Positions 8,743-17,938 of a DNA stretch of 64,000 bases are shown here, piece after piece (position 1 is the first letter of the stretch; each line of letters opens with the position of its first letter). The position numbers and the translations under genes were made by a program. The notes beneath the pieces are model-generated. The model did no database searches and had not been told where the DNA came from. It worked only from the letters and a program-made list of their open reading frames with translations. The stretch is from Candidatus Pacearchaeota archaeon (GTDB lineage: Archaea > Nanobdellota > Nanobdellia > Pacearchaeales > GW2011-AR1): contig JAFCEJ010000003.1 in assembly GCA_017609175.1 (NCBI GenBank), positions 77,817-141,816 of the forward strand, in the 5' to 3' direction.

Positions 8743-9060
8743 TCATCTTTTTTGTGGACCCATAACATCTTCTCTAAGTTTTTCTATTTTTTCTGTAATC
8801 ATTTTCTCCTGATTTTCTATTGCCTTTGCTCTAAGTTCGAGCATTTTCTTTTTTTCTTCTAATTCTTTCTTAATTTTTGATTTTTCTGTTTTTAGCATTA
8901 ATTGTCCAATCATTTTATAAACATCATCGTTTGATTTTTCCAATTCCTCTAAAGCACCCTGAGTTTCTGCTAATTCTATTTGAAAGGTTTGTTTCTGGAG
9001 AAGAAGATTCTGCAAATTTTGTTCTAAAATCTGCAATTCCTGTATTTTATTTTCATCCAT
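8743..9060 (-). CDS. pfdB: Prefoldin beta subunit
   Basis: It has a coiled-coil, hairpin, coiled-coil pattern with DDVYKMIGQLMLK. It sits downstream of L37ae and rpoP, as in the conserved archaeal operon. Confidence 0.7.
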   Translation of the reverse strand: MDENKIQELQILEQNLQNLLLQKQTFQIELAETQGALEELEKSNDDVYKMIGQLMLKTEKSKIKKELEEKKKMLELRAKAIENQEKMITEKIEKLREDVMGPQKR

Positions 9061-9062
9061 AT

Positions 9063-9200
9063 TTATTTAGCTTTTATTTTTCGAGAATGAGTCCTTGGTT
9101 TGTAAAAAATTTTGCTTCCGCAATTAGGACACACGAATCTCTTTTCAAGAGTTTGATGAGTGATTTTTTTTCCGCATTTAAAGCATTTATATTGTGCCAT
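9063..9200 (-). CDS. rpoP: DNA-directed RNA polymerase subunit P (Rpc10/RpoP)
   Basis: It is a 45 aa Zn-ribbon, MAQYKCFKCGKKITHQTLEKRFVCPNCGSKIFYKPRTHSRKIKAK. It lies between L37ae and pfdB. It is below the ORF-track size cutoff. Confidence 0.7.
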   Translation of the reverse strand: MAQYKCFKCGKKITHQTLEKRFVCPNCGSKIFYKPRTHSRKIKAK

Positions 9201-9237
9201 ATTAACCTGATTTATTTTTTATTTATTAAATTTTGGG

Positions 9238-9456
9238 TTATTCCAAATAATAAGTTCCTCCTGCGAATTTTTTATTGCATTTTGAACATTGCCAAATTCC
9301 TTTTGATAACCTTTTCACCCCGAGTTTTTCGCAAAAAGGACATTTTTGTCTTTTTCTCTGTTTTATTTCAACATTGACAAGTCTATCCCTGATTTTCTTT
9401 CCATATCTTGGACCAAACCGTCCTGCTGATTTTGTTTTTTTTGATTTTCGTGTCAT
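9238..9456 (-). CDS. rpl37ae: 50S ribosomal protein L37Ae (eL43)
   Basis: It has GRFGPRYG and a C4 zinc ribbon (CPFC...CSKC). Confidence 0.85.
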   Translation of the reverse strand: MTRKSKKTKSAGRFGPRYGKKIRDRLVNVEIKQRKRQKCPFCEKLGVKRLSKGIWQCSKCNKKFAGGTYYLE

Positions 9457-9511
9457 TTTAGTATATATAAATCAAAAAGAAGGTTTTAAAATGTTATGCT
9501 TAGAATCAGAA

Positions 9512-9922
9512 CTATCTGAGAGATTCAATATCTCTTTGGAGCTTGTTTGCTAAATTTTTTGCTTGTTGAGATTCCTTTTGCATTTTTTGTGCTTTATTTG
9601 AAAAATATTCTGCAATAATTTCCCTATGGTTCCATATAAATTCTTCATATTTTGAAGCCAAATTACAAGGACAACCATAAACTACTTGTTTCCCATCAAG
9701 ACAACCCCAACCAATAGCAGTTGAATCATAATCTGCAAGATATTTTTTAGGATTTTCTTTTTGTTTTTTTAAAAATTCATCAAGTTCTCCTTCTTCAACG
9801 TCTAAATCAGTATTAGGAGCAAAGTGCATTCTTCCGCATAACTCGCATTAAATAACAGGAGAACCAGCATGGCATATTGCATCCATAAATTCTCTGCTCG
9901 GTGGATTTGGTTTATCTGACAT
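9512..9922 (-). pseudogene. Cys-rich (zinc-binding?) protein interrupted by an in-frame TAA
   Basis: An ATG at 9922 opens MSDKPNPPSREFMDAICHAGSPVI. A TAA follows at 9848-9850. The same frame continues CELCGRMHFAP... through to 9512. Cys/His pairs straddle the stop. Confidence 0.4.
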
Positions 9923-9995
9923 AAAAAATTAAGAGAAAAACTGTTTAAATTATTTTATGTTTTAAAAAAGATATAATAAAAAAGATTTTATAAAA

Positions 9996-10068
9996 TGGGG
10001 TTACCCGGATTTGAACCGGGGTCGTCAGGTCCCAAACCTGAAAGGCTACCAGGCTACCCCATAACCCC
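9996..10068 (-). tRNA. tRNA-Pro (anticodon TGG)
   Basis: Acceptor stem GGGGTTA/TAACCCC. T-arm CCCGG-TTCAAAT-CCGGG. Anticodon stem TCAGG/CCTGA with loop TTTGGGA. It is 73 nt with no encoded CCA and is GC-rich compared with the flanks. Confidence 0.8.
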
Positions 10069-10126
10069 GCTAAGATTATTTTAAATTAAGACAATTATTT
10101 GAGTTATAAAGCATTTATAAAATATT

Positions 10127-10783
10127 TTATTTATTAGCGGGCCCTGGTTTATTTTCAGATTCTTTTCCAGCTGCCGCAGATTTTTCTTTTTTAGCAGCTT
10201 CTGCTTCTTTAACAGACTCTTCCTGTTTCTTAATCTTCTCTTGCTCTGATCGTATCTTTGAGAAATATTTGTCTAATTCTGCTTTCTTTTCTGCAGGAGT
10301 TTCTGTCCTTTCCTCTTGTATCTCTTTATCATATTTTCCCTGTTCAATTTCCTGTTCAATCTCTGTTGCAGGTTTATTTTCAATTAAAATTCCCAAACTA
10401 ACGCAAGTTCCGACGACTGATTTAACCGCAGCTTTTAAATCATTGCAAAGCATATTTGGGAATTTTGTTTTTGCCACAGAAATTATCTGCTCTATTGAAG
10501 CGTTTGCTACTTTTATTTTCTCTTGCTCTCCAGAACCTTTTTCAATTCCTAATTCTTTTTTTAATAATTCTGAGACCGGTGGAGAGAAAACTTTGATTTC
10601 GAATTGTTTTGTTGCTGTATCAACATCCAATTCAACAGGGACCTTTAATCCCTTGAAATCTTTTGTCGCTTCATTGACTTTTGAGATTACTTGCCCCATA
10701 TTAATTCCTGCTGGGCCGAGCTTCTGGCTAAGAGCAGGACCTGGACTCATATTCCCTCCTTCTGCTAAAATTTTAATCTTCAT
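10127..10783 (-). CDS. rpl11: 50S ribosomal protein L11 (uL11) with K/E-rich C-terminal extension
   Basis: N-terminus GGNMSPGPALSQKLGPAGIN. There is a tail of roughly 70 aa rich in E and K. Confidence 0.85.
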   Translation of the reverse strand: MKIKILAEGGNMSPGPALSQKLGPAGINMGQVISKVNEATKDFKGLKVPVELDVDTATKQFEIKVFSPPVSELLKKELGIEKGSGEQEKIKVANASIEQIISVAKTKFPNMLCNDLKAAVKSVVGTCVSLGILIENKPATEIEQEIEQGKYDKEIQEERTETPAEKKAELDKYFSKIRSEQEKIKKQEESVKEAEAAKKEKSAAAGKESENKPGPANK

Positions 10784-10843
10784 TCTTAAAACACCTTCTC
10801 TAATTTCTTGAAATTTAATTTTTTGCTAAATTTGTACTTATGG

Positions 10844-11293
10844 CTAATCATTTTCTTCTTCTCGCCTTATTACACGAATATTATCTAATTTAATTGTGAC
10901 AGGCAATGGAACAACCGCCCCCAATAAACTAACAACTACTTCTTCTTTCTGTTTGTCTATTCTTAAAACTTTTGCTTTTTCTTTTTTGAAAGGCTCTGAA
11001 ATTATTTCAACAATATCCCCTTCTTTAATTGAAATTGATTCTACTGACGGCTCGAGCATATTTTTAACTTCATCGTAGCTTATAGTTTTGCCAATTATCC
11101 CTTTTACATATGGAAGATTAAATGCTGCTTCTTCTGCAGATTCTCTATCTTCTGCTTCTAAAAGAATATAACCTCGTAAACCGTGTGGTCGTGAAACAGA
11201 ATATACATTAAGATTTTTCTTTTGTGCCCTATCCGCTATCATATCGACAGCTTTTTCTTCCTTATTTGTTGTAACCTTAATAATAAAAATCAT
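10844..11293 (-). CDS. spt5: Transcription elongation factor Spt5 (NusG)
   Basis: It has an NGN domain and a KOW domain (GDIVEIISEPFKKEKAKV). It lies between secE and L11. Confidence 0.85.
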   Translation of the reverse strand: MIFIIKVTTNKEEKAVDMIADRAQKKNLNVYSVSRPHGLRGYILLEAEDRESAEEAAFNLPYVKGIIGKTISYDEVKNMLEPSVESISIKEGDIVEIISEPFKKEKAKVLRIDKQKEEVVVSLLGAVVPLPVTIKLDNIRVIRREEEND

Positions 11294-11411
11294 CTTATTT
11301 AGCTCCGTCTATGCCTTAATTATCTAAGGAATAGATATAATTACGTAATAATTAGGGTTTTTAAAGATTTCTTATAGAATTCAATTCTTAAAATTTTATT
11401 GAATAAGATTT

Positions 11412-11597
11412 TTACTTAACAAGGAACTTCATTAAGATAGAAATTAAAAAACCAAGTAAACCGATTATTGCAATTCCAATTGCAGAAACTTTTGCGATTG
11501 TTTCAAATTCTTTTCGTGATGGCTTTTTTAAAATGTGCCAAACCCTTTTACATTTAATAAAAAAGGATTTTGTAAAGATTAATATTTTCTTTACCAT
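11412..11597 (-). CDS. secE: Preprotein translocase subunit SecE (Sec61 gamma)
   Basis: It is 61 aa with a single C-terminal TM. It sits in the conserved position upstream of spt5. Confidence 0.7.
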   Translation of the reverse strand: MVKKILIFTKSFFIKCKRVWHILKKPSRKEFETIAKVSAIGIAIIGLLGFLISILMKFLVK

Positions 11598-11953
11598 ACC
11601 TTAAAAAAAGTATTTGGGTTTTTAAGTTTTGGGTTTAGTGATTCTTCCTCAAGGAATTTTTTTCGTTTTTCGTATCCTTGTTTATCAACATCTCCAAAAT
11701 AATGAAAAATCGAATAATCACCGGTTAATGCAAAGAAATTATCAGAAATGTATTTTAGTTTTCCGTTTGTTTTTACGGATTTTATTGGGGGGTATGACCT
11801 ATTTTTGACTAAAAACTCGTATTCCTGTGAAGAATCTAAAAAAACTTTTACAGGCAACAATTCAGATGAGGAAGGTAATTTAAGAATTATATCTTGTCCT
11901 GTTAATTTTTCTAAATCTTTTGGACCTAATTTAGAAATATAGGGAATTTTCAT
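11591..11953 (-). CDS. Hypothetical protein
   Basis: It is a 120 aa ORF lying between ftsZ and secE. Confidence 0.4.
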   Translation of the reverse strand: MKIPYISKLGPKDLEKLTGQDIILKLPSSSELLPVKVFLDSSQEYEFLVKNRSYPPIKSVKTNGKLKYISDNFFALTGDYSIFHYFGDVDKQGYEKRKKFLEEESLNPKLKNPNTFFKVW

Positions 11954-11954
11954 T

Positions 11955-13067
11955 TTACTCGAAAAATTCTATTCCTAATTCTTCTTCGATTTCTTTTCGC
12001 TTTTTTTCCTCGAGGGTATCGCCTTGCCCAGTAATTTGTGAACTTCTTACACCTGTTACAATTAATAAAACTCTTATTGATTTATCCATATCCGGAGAAA
12101 GTTGGGCACCCCAAATCACTTTTGCATCAGGACTTAATTTATTTCCAATCGTTTCTATTATTGATTTACATTCATCTAAACTCATATCAGGCCCTCCAAT
12201 AATATTCACTAATGCTCCAGTTGCATTTGAGATATCTACATCTAATAAGGGATTCTGGATTGCTTTTTCTACTGCCTCTATTGAACGATTTTGTGTGTCT
12301 GCTTCGCCCATACCAATTAAAGAAACGCCTCCTCCAACCATCACTGCCTTTATATCTGCGAAATCTAAATTTACTAAACCGGATTTAGTTACAAGTTCTG
12401 TTGTTCCCTTAACAGCATTTGTTAAAATTTCATCTGCAATTTTAAATGCTGTCTGTAATGGCAATTCTGGTGCAAGTTCCAATAATTTATCATTTGGTAT
12501 TACAATTAAAGTATCAACAGCTGCTTCTAATTTCTCTAATCCAAGCATTGCATTTTCTATTCTTTTCCTACCTTCTATAGTAAAAGGCAATGTTACAACA
12601 CCAATTGTTAATGCACCTTGTTTTTTTGCTAATTGTGCAATTACTGGCGCGGCACCTGTTCCAGTTCCACCACCCATCCCACATGTAATAAAAACCATAT
12701 CACTCCCAGAAATTTTCTTTTTTATTTCTGATTCGGATTCTCTTGCAGCTTCTTCTCCAATTTTTGGATTGCTTCCTGCCCCTAATCCCTGTGTTAATTC
12801 TCTCCCAATCAAAATTTTCTGGTCTGCATTAGCATATAAAAGGTCCTGAGCATCAGTATTTACTGCTATTAATTCTCCTCCTTTAATCCCGATTTCGCGC
12901 ATTCGGCTTAAAGAATTATTACCACCACCACCCACCCCAATAACCTTAATTTTTGCACTCTGTTTTTTTAAAAGTTCTTCAAGTTCCCTATCTATATTAT
13001 TTACTTCTGCAGATAAGGAACCTGTCTGAGAATCATAAGAGCCGCTGTTTCCATACACCTCGTCCAT
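11955..13067 (-). CDS. ftsZ: Cell division GTPase FtsZ
   Basis: It has the tubulin signature GGGTGTGAAPVIA and the N-terminal GVGGGGNN motif. Confidence 0.95.
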   Translation of the reverse strand: MDEVYGNSGSYDSQTGSLSAEVNNIDRELEELLKKQSAKIKVIGVGGGGNNSLSRMREIGIKGGELIAVNTDAQDLLYANADQKILIGRELTQGLGAGSNPKIGEEAARESESEIKKKISGSDMVFITCGMGGGTGTGAAPVIAQLAKKQGALTIGVVTLPFTIEGRKRIENAMLGLEKLEAAVDTLIVIPNDKLLELAPELPLQTAFKIADEILTNAVKGTTELVTKSGLVNLDFADIKAVMVGGGVSLIGMGEADTQNRSIEAVEKAIQNPLLDVDISNATGALVNIIGGPDMSLDECKSIIETIGNKLSPDAKVIWGAQLSPDMDKSIRVLLIVTGVRSSQITGQGDTLEEKKRKEIEEELGIEFFE

Positions 13068-13106
13068 ATTTGAGAAAGAGTTCGATTGTTTATAAAAATT
13101 ATTGTG

Positions 13107-13787
13107 TTATTTTGAGTGTTTTTGAGTTGATATCTTTGTATTTTCTTTATTAGTTGTTTTTTCTTCTTTAATATTTAATTCTAATCCTAAAATTTCCTTG
13201 AATTTATCTTTAAAAAGGTTCAGAAACTCTCCAAATTTTTTGTCTGTATAAATTATTAGTTTTTTATCTTTAATTTCAAATTTGAATTCTTTTTTTGTAA
13301 AGAATTCTATCAGTGCTTTTGCTTTTTCATTTTTGTCAGTTATTTTTCTGTTGATTCTTAATTTATAGATAACTGTTTTTCCTGCCAGAGGATTATTAAA
13401 ATCAGTTATTACTCTCCCGCCTGAAACTGAAATTACTTTTCCAATTTGCCCATCAAAATTAAATACCATTCCGGGTTGAGGCATTGTTTGTTGTTGTTTA
13501 AAAAGTCTCAGCGGGATTATTTTTATTAAAGAAGGATTTCTTTTCCCAAAAGCTTTTTCAGGTTCTAGTTCAAGCTCATATTGTTTTCCAATTTCTTTTC
13601 CAATTAAAAAATCATCAATCGCTTCAAGAAACATCTTTTCTCCTACACAAAAAACAAAAGGTTTAGGTTCTAAATTTAAATTTGCTTTTTGTAAATCTTG
13701 TTTAATATTTGAATCAAAAATATCTCCTCCCTTTACTCTCCCGGTAAATTCTAATTCAATAAAATCCTTTTTGCTAATTTTTTCCAT
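13107..13787 (-). CDS. FKBP-type peptidyl-prolyl cis-trans isomerase (SlyD-like with IF domain)
   Basis: It has an FKBP core (GDIFDSN...FVFCVGEKMFLEAIDDFLIGKEIG) and a K-rich C-terminus. Confidence 0.8.
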   Translation of the reverse strand: MEKISKKDFIELEFTGRVKGGDIFDSNIKQDLQKANLNLEPKPFVFCVGEKMFLEAIDDFLIGKEIGKQYELELEPEKAFGKRNPSLIKIIPLRLFKQQQTMPQPGMVFNFDGQIGKVISVSGGRVITDFNNPLAGKTVIYKLRINRKITDKNEKAKALIEFFTKKEFKFEIKDKKLIIYTDKKFGEFLNLFKDKFKEILGLELNIKEEKTTNKENTKISTQKHSK

Positions 13788-13837
13788 AAGTTAGTTGGAT
13801 TAAAAATATTTATAAATCTATTTCTTTTGATTTAACT

Positions 13838-14227
13838 ATGGTTTTTAAATTGATTAATGCTACTGAAGCAAAGGTAGGAACAAATATAGTTGTAAACGGA
13901 GTGGCTTGCGTGGTAAAGAAAATGGATGTCAGCAAAACAGGAAAACACGGTCATGCCAAAGTCCGAATTGAAGCTGTTGGAATTCTTGATGGGCAAAAGA
14001 AGATATTTGTAGTTCCTGGTCATGAAAGATTGGAGGTCCCATTAGTTGAAAAAAAGAAAGCGCAAGTTCTTTCACTCGGTGAGAATAATGCAAGCATAAT
14101 GGATTTAGAAAGTTTTGAAACAATTGAGGTCAATATTCCTGAAGACCTAAAAGGAGAAATTGAAGAAAATTCAAATGTAGAATATTGGGATGTTGAAGGA
14201 ACAAGAGTAATTAAGAGGAAATTATAA
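13838..14227 (+). CDS. eif5a: Translation initiation factor 5A (aIF-5A)
   Basis: It has the hypusine loop SKTGKHGHAKV. Confidence 0.9.
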   Translation: MVFKLINATEAKVGTNIVVNGVACVVKKMDVSKTGKHGHAKVRIEAVGILDGQKKIFVVPGHERLEVPLVEKKKAQVLSLGENNASIMDLESFETIEVNIPEDLKGEIEENSNVEYWDVEGTRVIKRKL

Positions 14228-14271
14228 ATGGCATTTACTAAAAATAAATTTGAAAAAGGAAGGATTTGAAT

Positions 14272-14433
14272 ATGGCAAAGATAAAAGAAGCTCAAAACAG
14301 GTTGTTCAAGAATGTTTTTGTTTGCAAAAAATGCAAGAGCAAAATTAGAGCAGACCCTAGAAAAATTATTGAAGGAAAAGTCAAATGCAGAAAATGCAAA
14401 TCAAAGGCATTCAGGCCCTTAAGGAAAAAATAA
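14272..14433 (+). CDS. rpl40e: 50S ribosomal protein L40e (eL40)
   Basis: It is 53 aa, MAKIKEAQNRLFKNVFVCKKCKSKIRADPRKIIEGKVKCRKCKSKAFRPLRKK, with a C4 motif. It is preceded by GGAAGG. It is below the ORF-track cutoff. Confidence 0.7.
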   Translation: MAKIKEAQNRLFKNVFVCKKCKSKIRADPRKIIEGKVKCRKCKSKAFRPLRKK

Positions 14434-14445
14434 TGAGGTGATATT

Positions 14446-15864
14446 ATGAATATTTTTACAATTTTTGATATAGGGTTTTTAATCTTGTTTGGCCTATTTT
14501 TAACTATATTTCTTTATTCTCGACGAAAAAAATTGAAGAGAGAAGGATTATTATATCTATATCGAACAAAATGGGGAATAAAATTAATTAACTATGTTGG
14601 TGAAAAATATAAAAGAACCTTGCATGTTTTGAGTTATATTTCTGTTGGGTTAGGTTATATTCTAATGGCAGTTATGTTATATCTTTTAGGAAAGATTGTT
14701 TATCTTTATATCGCATTTCCGCAGATTGTGAGAACCATTAAAGTTCCGCCGATAATGCCATTAATACCTTATCTTCCTCAAATGTTTAAACTTGATTTTC
14801 TACCACCATTTTATTTTACATATTGGATAATCATTATTGCGATAATTGCAATCACTCATGAATTTGCTCATGGTATTTTTTCTAGATATGCTGGTGTTAA
14901 AGTAAAAGCAACTGGCTTTGGATTTTTAGGTCCGTTTTTAGCGGCATTTGTAGAACCAGATGAAGAACAAATGGAAAAAAAGAGTAAGTTTTCGCAATTA
15001 GCAATTCTTTCTGCAGGAACATTTGCGAATATTTTAACAGCAATTTTCTTTTTGGCAGTTTTATTTATTTTCTTTTCTGTTGCTTTCAGCCCCTCAGGAG
15101 TTATTTTTGATACTTATTCATATTCTGCTGTAGATATTGCAAGCATATCTGCAGTAAATGGGGTTGTTGTTGAAAATCCAACTTATGAAAAAATTTTGAA
15201 TTTGGTTGATGGGAAAAAATTTGATGAAATTGAAACAACCAATGGAAAATATTTTGCAACAAGAGAGGTTTTAGAGCAACAAGAAGATAATGAAAATTTT
15301 TTGATTTTATATGACGATGCTCCTGCAATAAATGCAGAATTAGTCGGAGCAATAACAGAATTAAATGGTGTTAAAATAAAAAATATTGAAAATTTAAAAA
15401 ATGAACTTGAAAAATACTCTCCAGGAGAGAAAGTAATTGTCAAAACAAAAACGAGTAATGGAACTTCTGAATATGAAATCGTTCTTGGAGAACATCCGGA
15501 TAAAGAAAATGTCGCTTGGCTTGGAATTGGATTTTTTGCCCAAGAAAGCAGAGGAGTATTTGGAAAAATATATGATATTTTATCGTCTTTTAAAGAAGAC
15601 CACGTTTACTATGAACCAAAACATGAAACAATGATTTTTATTTATAATTTATTTTGGTGGATTATTCTTATAAGCATAAGTGTTGCGCTTGTCAATATGC
15701 TTCCTGTTGGAATTTTTGATGGTGGAAGAGTCTTTTATCTTACTGTTTTAGCAATTGTTAAAGACGACAAAATAAGAGCAAAAAAAATTGTTTCATTGGT
15801 AAGTAATTTATTTTTATTCATTTTATTAATATTAATGTTCTTTTGGTTCTTTGCGTTTAGATAA
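14446..15864 (+). CDS. Site-2 protease family (M50) membrane metalloprotease with PDZ-like domain
   Basis: It has HEFAHG (HExxH) within a TM region, multiple TM helices and a central soluble domain. Confidence 0.75.
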   Translation: MNIFTIFDIGFLILFGLFLTIFLYSRRKKLKREGLLYLYRTKWGIKLINYVGEKYKRTLHVLSYISVGLGYILMAVMLYLLGKIVYLYIAFPQIVRTIKVPPIMPLIPYLPQMFKLDFLPPFYFTYWIIIIAIIAITHEFAHGIFSRYAGVKVKATGFGFLGPFLAAFVEPDEEQMEKKSKFSQLAILSAGTFANILTAIFFLAVLFIFFSVAFSPSGVIFDTYSYSAVDIASISAVNGVVVENPTYEKILNLVDGKKFDEIETTNGKYFATREVLEQQEDNENFLILYDDAPAINAELVGAITELNGVKIKNIENLKNELEKYSPGEKVIVKTKTSNGTSEYEIVLGEHPDKENVAWLGIGFFAQESRGVFGKIYDILSSFKEDHVYYEPKHETMIFIYNLFWWIILISISVALVNMLPVGIFDGGRVFYLTVLAIVKDDKIRAKKIVSLVSNLFLFILLILMFFWFFAFR

Positions 15865-15956
15865 TTTACCGACGATAAAAATAAATTTTTTAGGGGGAGA
15901 GAAAAGTATTTAAACATAATTATCGTTAAAAGATTAATTAAAAAGAGGTGCTGAAA

Positions 15957-16076
15957 ATGGCTAAGAAAAAAGCTAAGAAAAAGACAAAAAAGAAAGCAGC
16001 AAAAAAGACCAAGAAAAAAACTGCTAAGAAAAAAACAAAGAAAAAGATTTTATTTTTTTATATTTTTGATTTATGA
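15957..16076 (+). CDS. Putative Lys-rich 39-aa peptide
   Basis: MAKKKAKKKTKKKAAKKTKKKTAKKKTKKKILFFYIFDL. A strong SD (AAGAGGTG) lies 7 nt upstream. It could also be spurious. Confidence 0.3.
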   Translation: MAKKKAKKKTKKKAAKKTKKKTAKKKTKKKILFFYIFDL

Positions 16077-16110
16077 AAAGTTTTAAATTCTAATTCTGTT
16101 TTTGGTTTAA

Positions 16111-17079
16111 ATGATTCCAAATAAAATTAAAGAGATTTTAAAGAAACAGCACTATATTGTCGTCGGTGAACATTCGGGCGTCCAGATTTGTAGATGGACA
16201 AAAAAATCCTTGCTTGATGAAGGTGTTTGTTATAAAGAAAAATTCTATGGAATAAAGAGTCATCAATGCTGTCAAATGACTCCTGCAGTAGTATGGTGTC
16301 CGAATAAATGTCTTCATTGCTGGCGGGCAATTGAACTAACATTAGGAGATAAACTAACCGGAAAAATAGACCCCCCAAAAAAGATTGTCGACGAATGCAT
16401 CAAAGCGCAAAGAAAATTGCTTACTGGTTTTAAAAGCAATAAAAAAATTAATATGAAGAAATTCAAAGAAGCGCAAGAGCCTATGCAGTTTGCGATTTCG
16501 CTTTCGGGGGAGCCGATGATTTACAATAAAATTGGAGAATTAATTAAAGAGTTGAAAAAAAGAAAAAAAACGAGTTTTGTTGTTACAAATGGATTATATC
16601 CTAAAAAGATTAAAGAATTAATTGATAAAAACCAATTACCGACACAATTGTATATTTCTGTTAATTCTCCAAATGAGGAGCTTTATAAAAAATTTCACAG
16701 AAGTTCGAAAAAAGATGCTTGGAAAAGGTTGAATAAAAGTTTAGAACTAATATCGACGATAAAGAAAAAAAGAACAGTTGTTAGGATAAATCTTGTAAAA
16801 GATTTAAACATGATTGAACCGGAAAATTATGCGAAGCTTATTAAAAAAGCAAAACCGATGTTTATTGAAATCAAAGGTTTTATGAGTGTGGGTTTCGCAA
16901 GACAAAGACTGGGCTATGAAAAAATGCCGTATCACGAAGATATCATTGGATTCTCAAAAAAGATTTTGAAGGAATTAAGAAGATTAAGATTAAATTACAA
17001 AATTCTTGATGAGCACGAATTTTCAAGAGTTGTTGTTTTGGGAAGAAATAAAAAAGAGTTGAAAATTAAAAAGATTTAG
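16111..17079 (+). CDS. taw1: tRNA 4-demethylwyosine synthase Taw1 (TYW1), radical SAM
   Basis: It has the CPNKCLHC radical SAM motif and N-terminal auxiliary-cluster Cys residues (CRW...C...CC). Its length is about 320 aa. Confidence 0.75.
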   Translation: MIPNKIKEILKKQHYIVVGEHSGVQICRWTKKSLLDEGVCYKEKFYGIKSHQCCQMTPAVVWCPNKCLHCWRAIELTLGDKLTGKIDPPKKIVDECIKAQRKLLTGFKSNKKINMKKFKEAQEPMQFAISLSGEPMIYNKIGELIKELKKRKKTSFVVTNGLYPKKIKELIDKNQLPTQLYISVNSPNEELYKKFHRSSKKDAWKRLNKSLELISTIKKKRTVVRINLVKDLNMIEPENYAKLIKKAKPMFIEIKGFMSVGFARQRLGYEKMPYHEDIIGFSKKILKELRRLRLNYKILDEHEFSRVVVLGRNKKELKIKKI

Positions 17080-17110
17080 AATTTATTGAGATTTATCATT
17101 TTTCTTAATT

Positions 17111-17461
17111 TTATAAAAAAACAACGCCATCTTTTGTTAAAGCAGTAAAACGAACACCTACTGGCATGGATAATAATGAAGAAATTAATGCCATATGCTC
17201 CTTACCATCGCCAGAAGCAATGCTTAAAGCAACTTCAGTGCCATTAATCTTTCCTTTAAGTTTTTGCGAGAATTCATCCTTCAAATCTTTGAGTCTTTTA
17301 TTTAAATCGCATTGAATAAATTCAAATTCATTTGGATGTGAAAATTGTTTTGCAAAATCAGAACCGAGAAGAATGACTTTATCCCATTCACCATGATTCA
17401 ATAAACCAGCAACTTGCGCCCAAGTCCCTTTTCCTGACGATAATAATGCAATTAATTCCAT
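17111..17461 (-). CDS. Hypothetical protein
   Basis: It is a 116 aa ORF in tandem with the next gene. Confidence 0.4.
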   Translation of the reverse strand: MELIALLSSGKGTWAQVAGLLNHGEWDKVILLGSDFAKQFSHPNEFEFIQCDLNKRLKDLKDEFSQKLKGKINGTEVALSIASGDGKEHMALISSLLSMPVGVRFTALTKDGVVFL

Positions 17462-17469
17462 TTTATTTA

Positions 17470-17787
17470 CTAAAAGGTATGCTCCCTTGTTCCAATAGTA
17501 TTAGCTAGAATTGAAATTGGATGGGCGTCAGTTGCAATCCACCCCTGTTGAAGAAGCCAATTCTCATAATCTTCTTTAAGTTTAAATGCCTGGGTTACCC
17601 CGATACTCTGAAAAAAATATTCTTCACCAACTAATAAATTCCCTTTTTTATCTAAATCACATCCATATTCTTCTATTTCTGCTTGACTCCCTGTTAAACA
17701 TTCTATCTCAAAGTCAGAAATTTTTAAAACAATCCCCTTTGCTTTTGGATTATTTTTTTCCTTAACTTGATAATATCTTGCTTCCAT
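17470..17787 (-). CDS. Hypothetical protein
   Basis: It is a 105 aa ORF. Confidence 0.4.
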   Translation of the reverse strand: MEARYYQVKEKNNPKAKGIVLKISDFEIECLTGSQAEIEEYGCDLDKKGNLLVGEEYFFQSIGVTQAFKLKEDYENWLLQQGWIATDAHPISILANTIGTREHTF

Positions 17788-17938
17788 ATATGGAAAAAAT
17801 TCCGAGAGTATTTAAGAATTATTGTAATAATTAGAAAACCAAACCTTTTTAAATTACATTTTTCTCCAAATTTTACCTTTGACTACATCATCAAGAAATA
17901 TTTTCTAGGTTCTTGGTGCATAGGTAGTAGGGCATAAA

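Noticed and set aside
8877-9553. Plus-strand ORFs 8877-9377 and 9275-9553.
   Set aside because: They overlap the minus-strand pfdB, rpoP and L37ae genes, which have clear family signatures. They have no motifs of their own.
9848-9850. The in-frame stop in the Cys-rich gene read as a selenocysteine or pyrrolysine recoding site.
   Set aside because: The codon is TAA, not TGA or TAG, so neither Sec nor Pyl insertion applies.
10269-10811. A 180-aa ORF antisense to rpl11.
   Set aside because: It is a shadow ORF of the well-supported L11 gene.
12295-12849. A 184-aa ORF antisense to ftsZ.
   Set aside because: It lies entirely inside the high-confidence ftsZ gene on the opposite strand. Its composition is low-complexity Ser/Pro/Ala, a typical shadow ORF.
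15957-16110. The Lys-rich peptide read as a frameshifted N-terminal extension of Taw1.
   Set aside because: It is in a different frame and ends with a hydrophobic tail and a stop 34 nt before the taw1 ATG. Known Taw1/TYW1 proteins have no such basic N-terminus.
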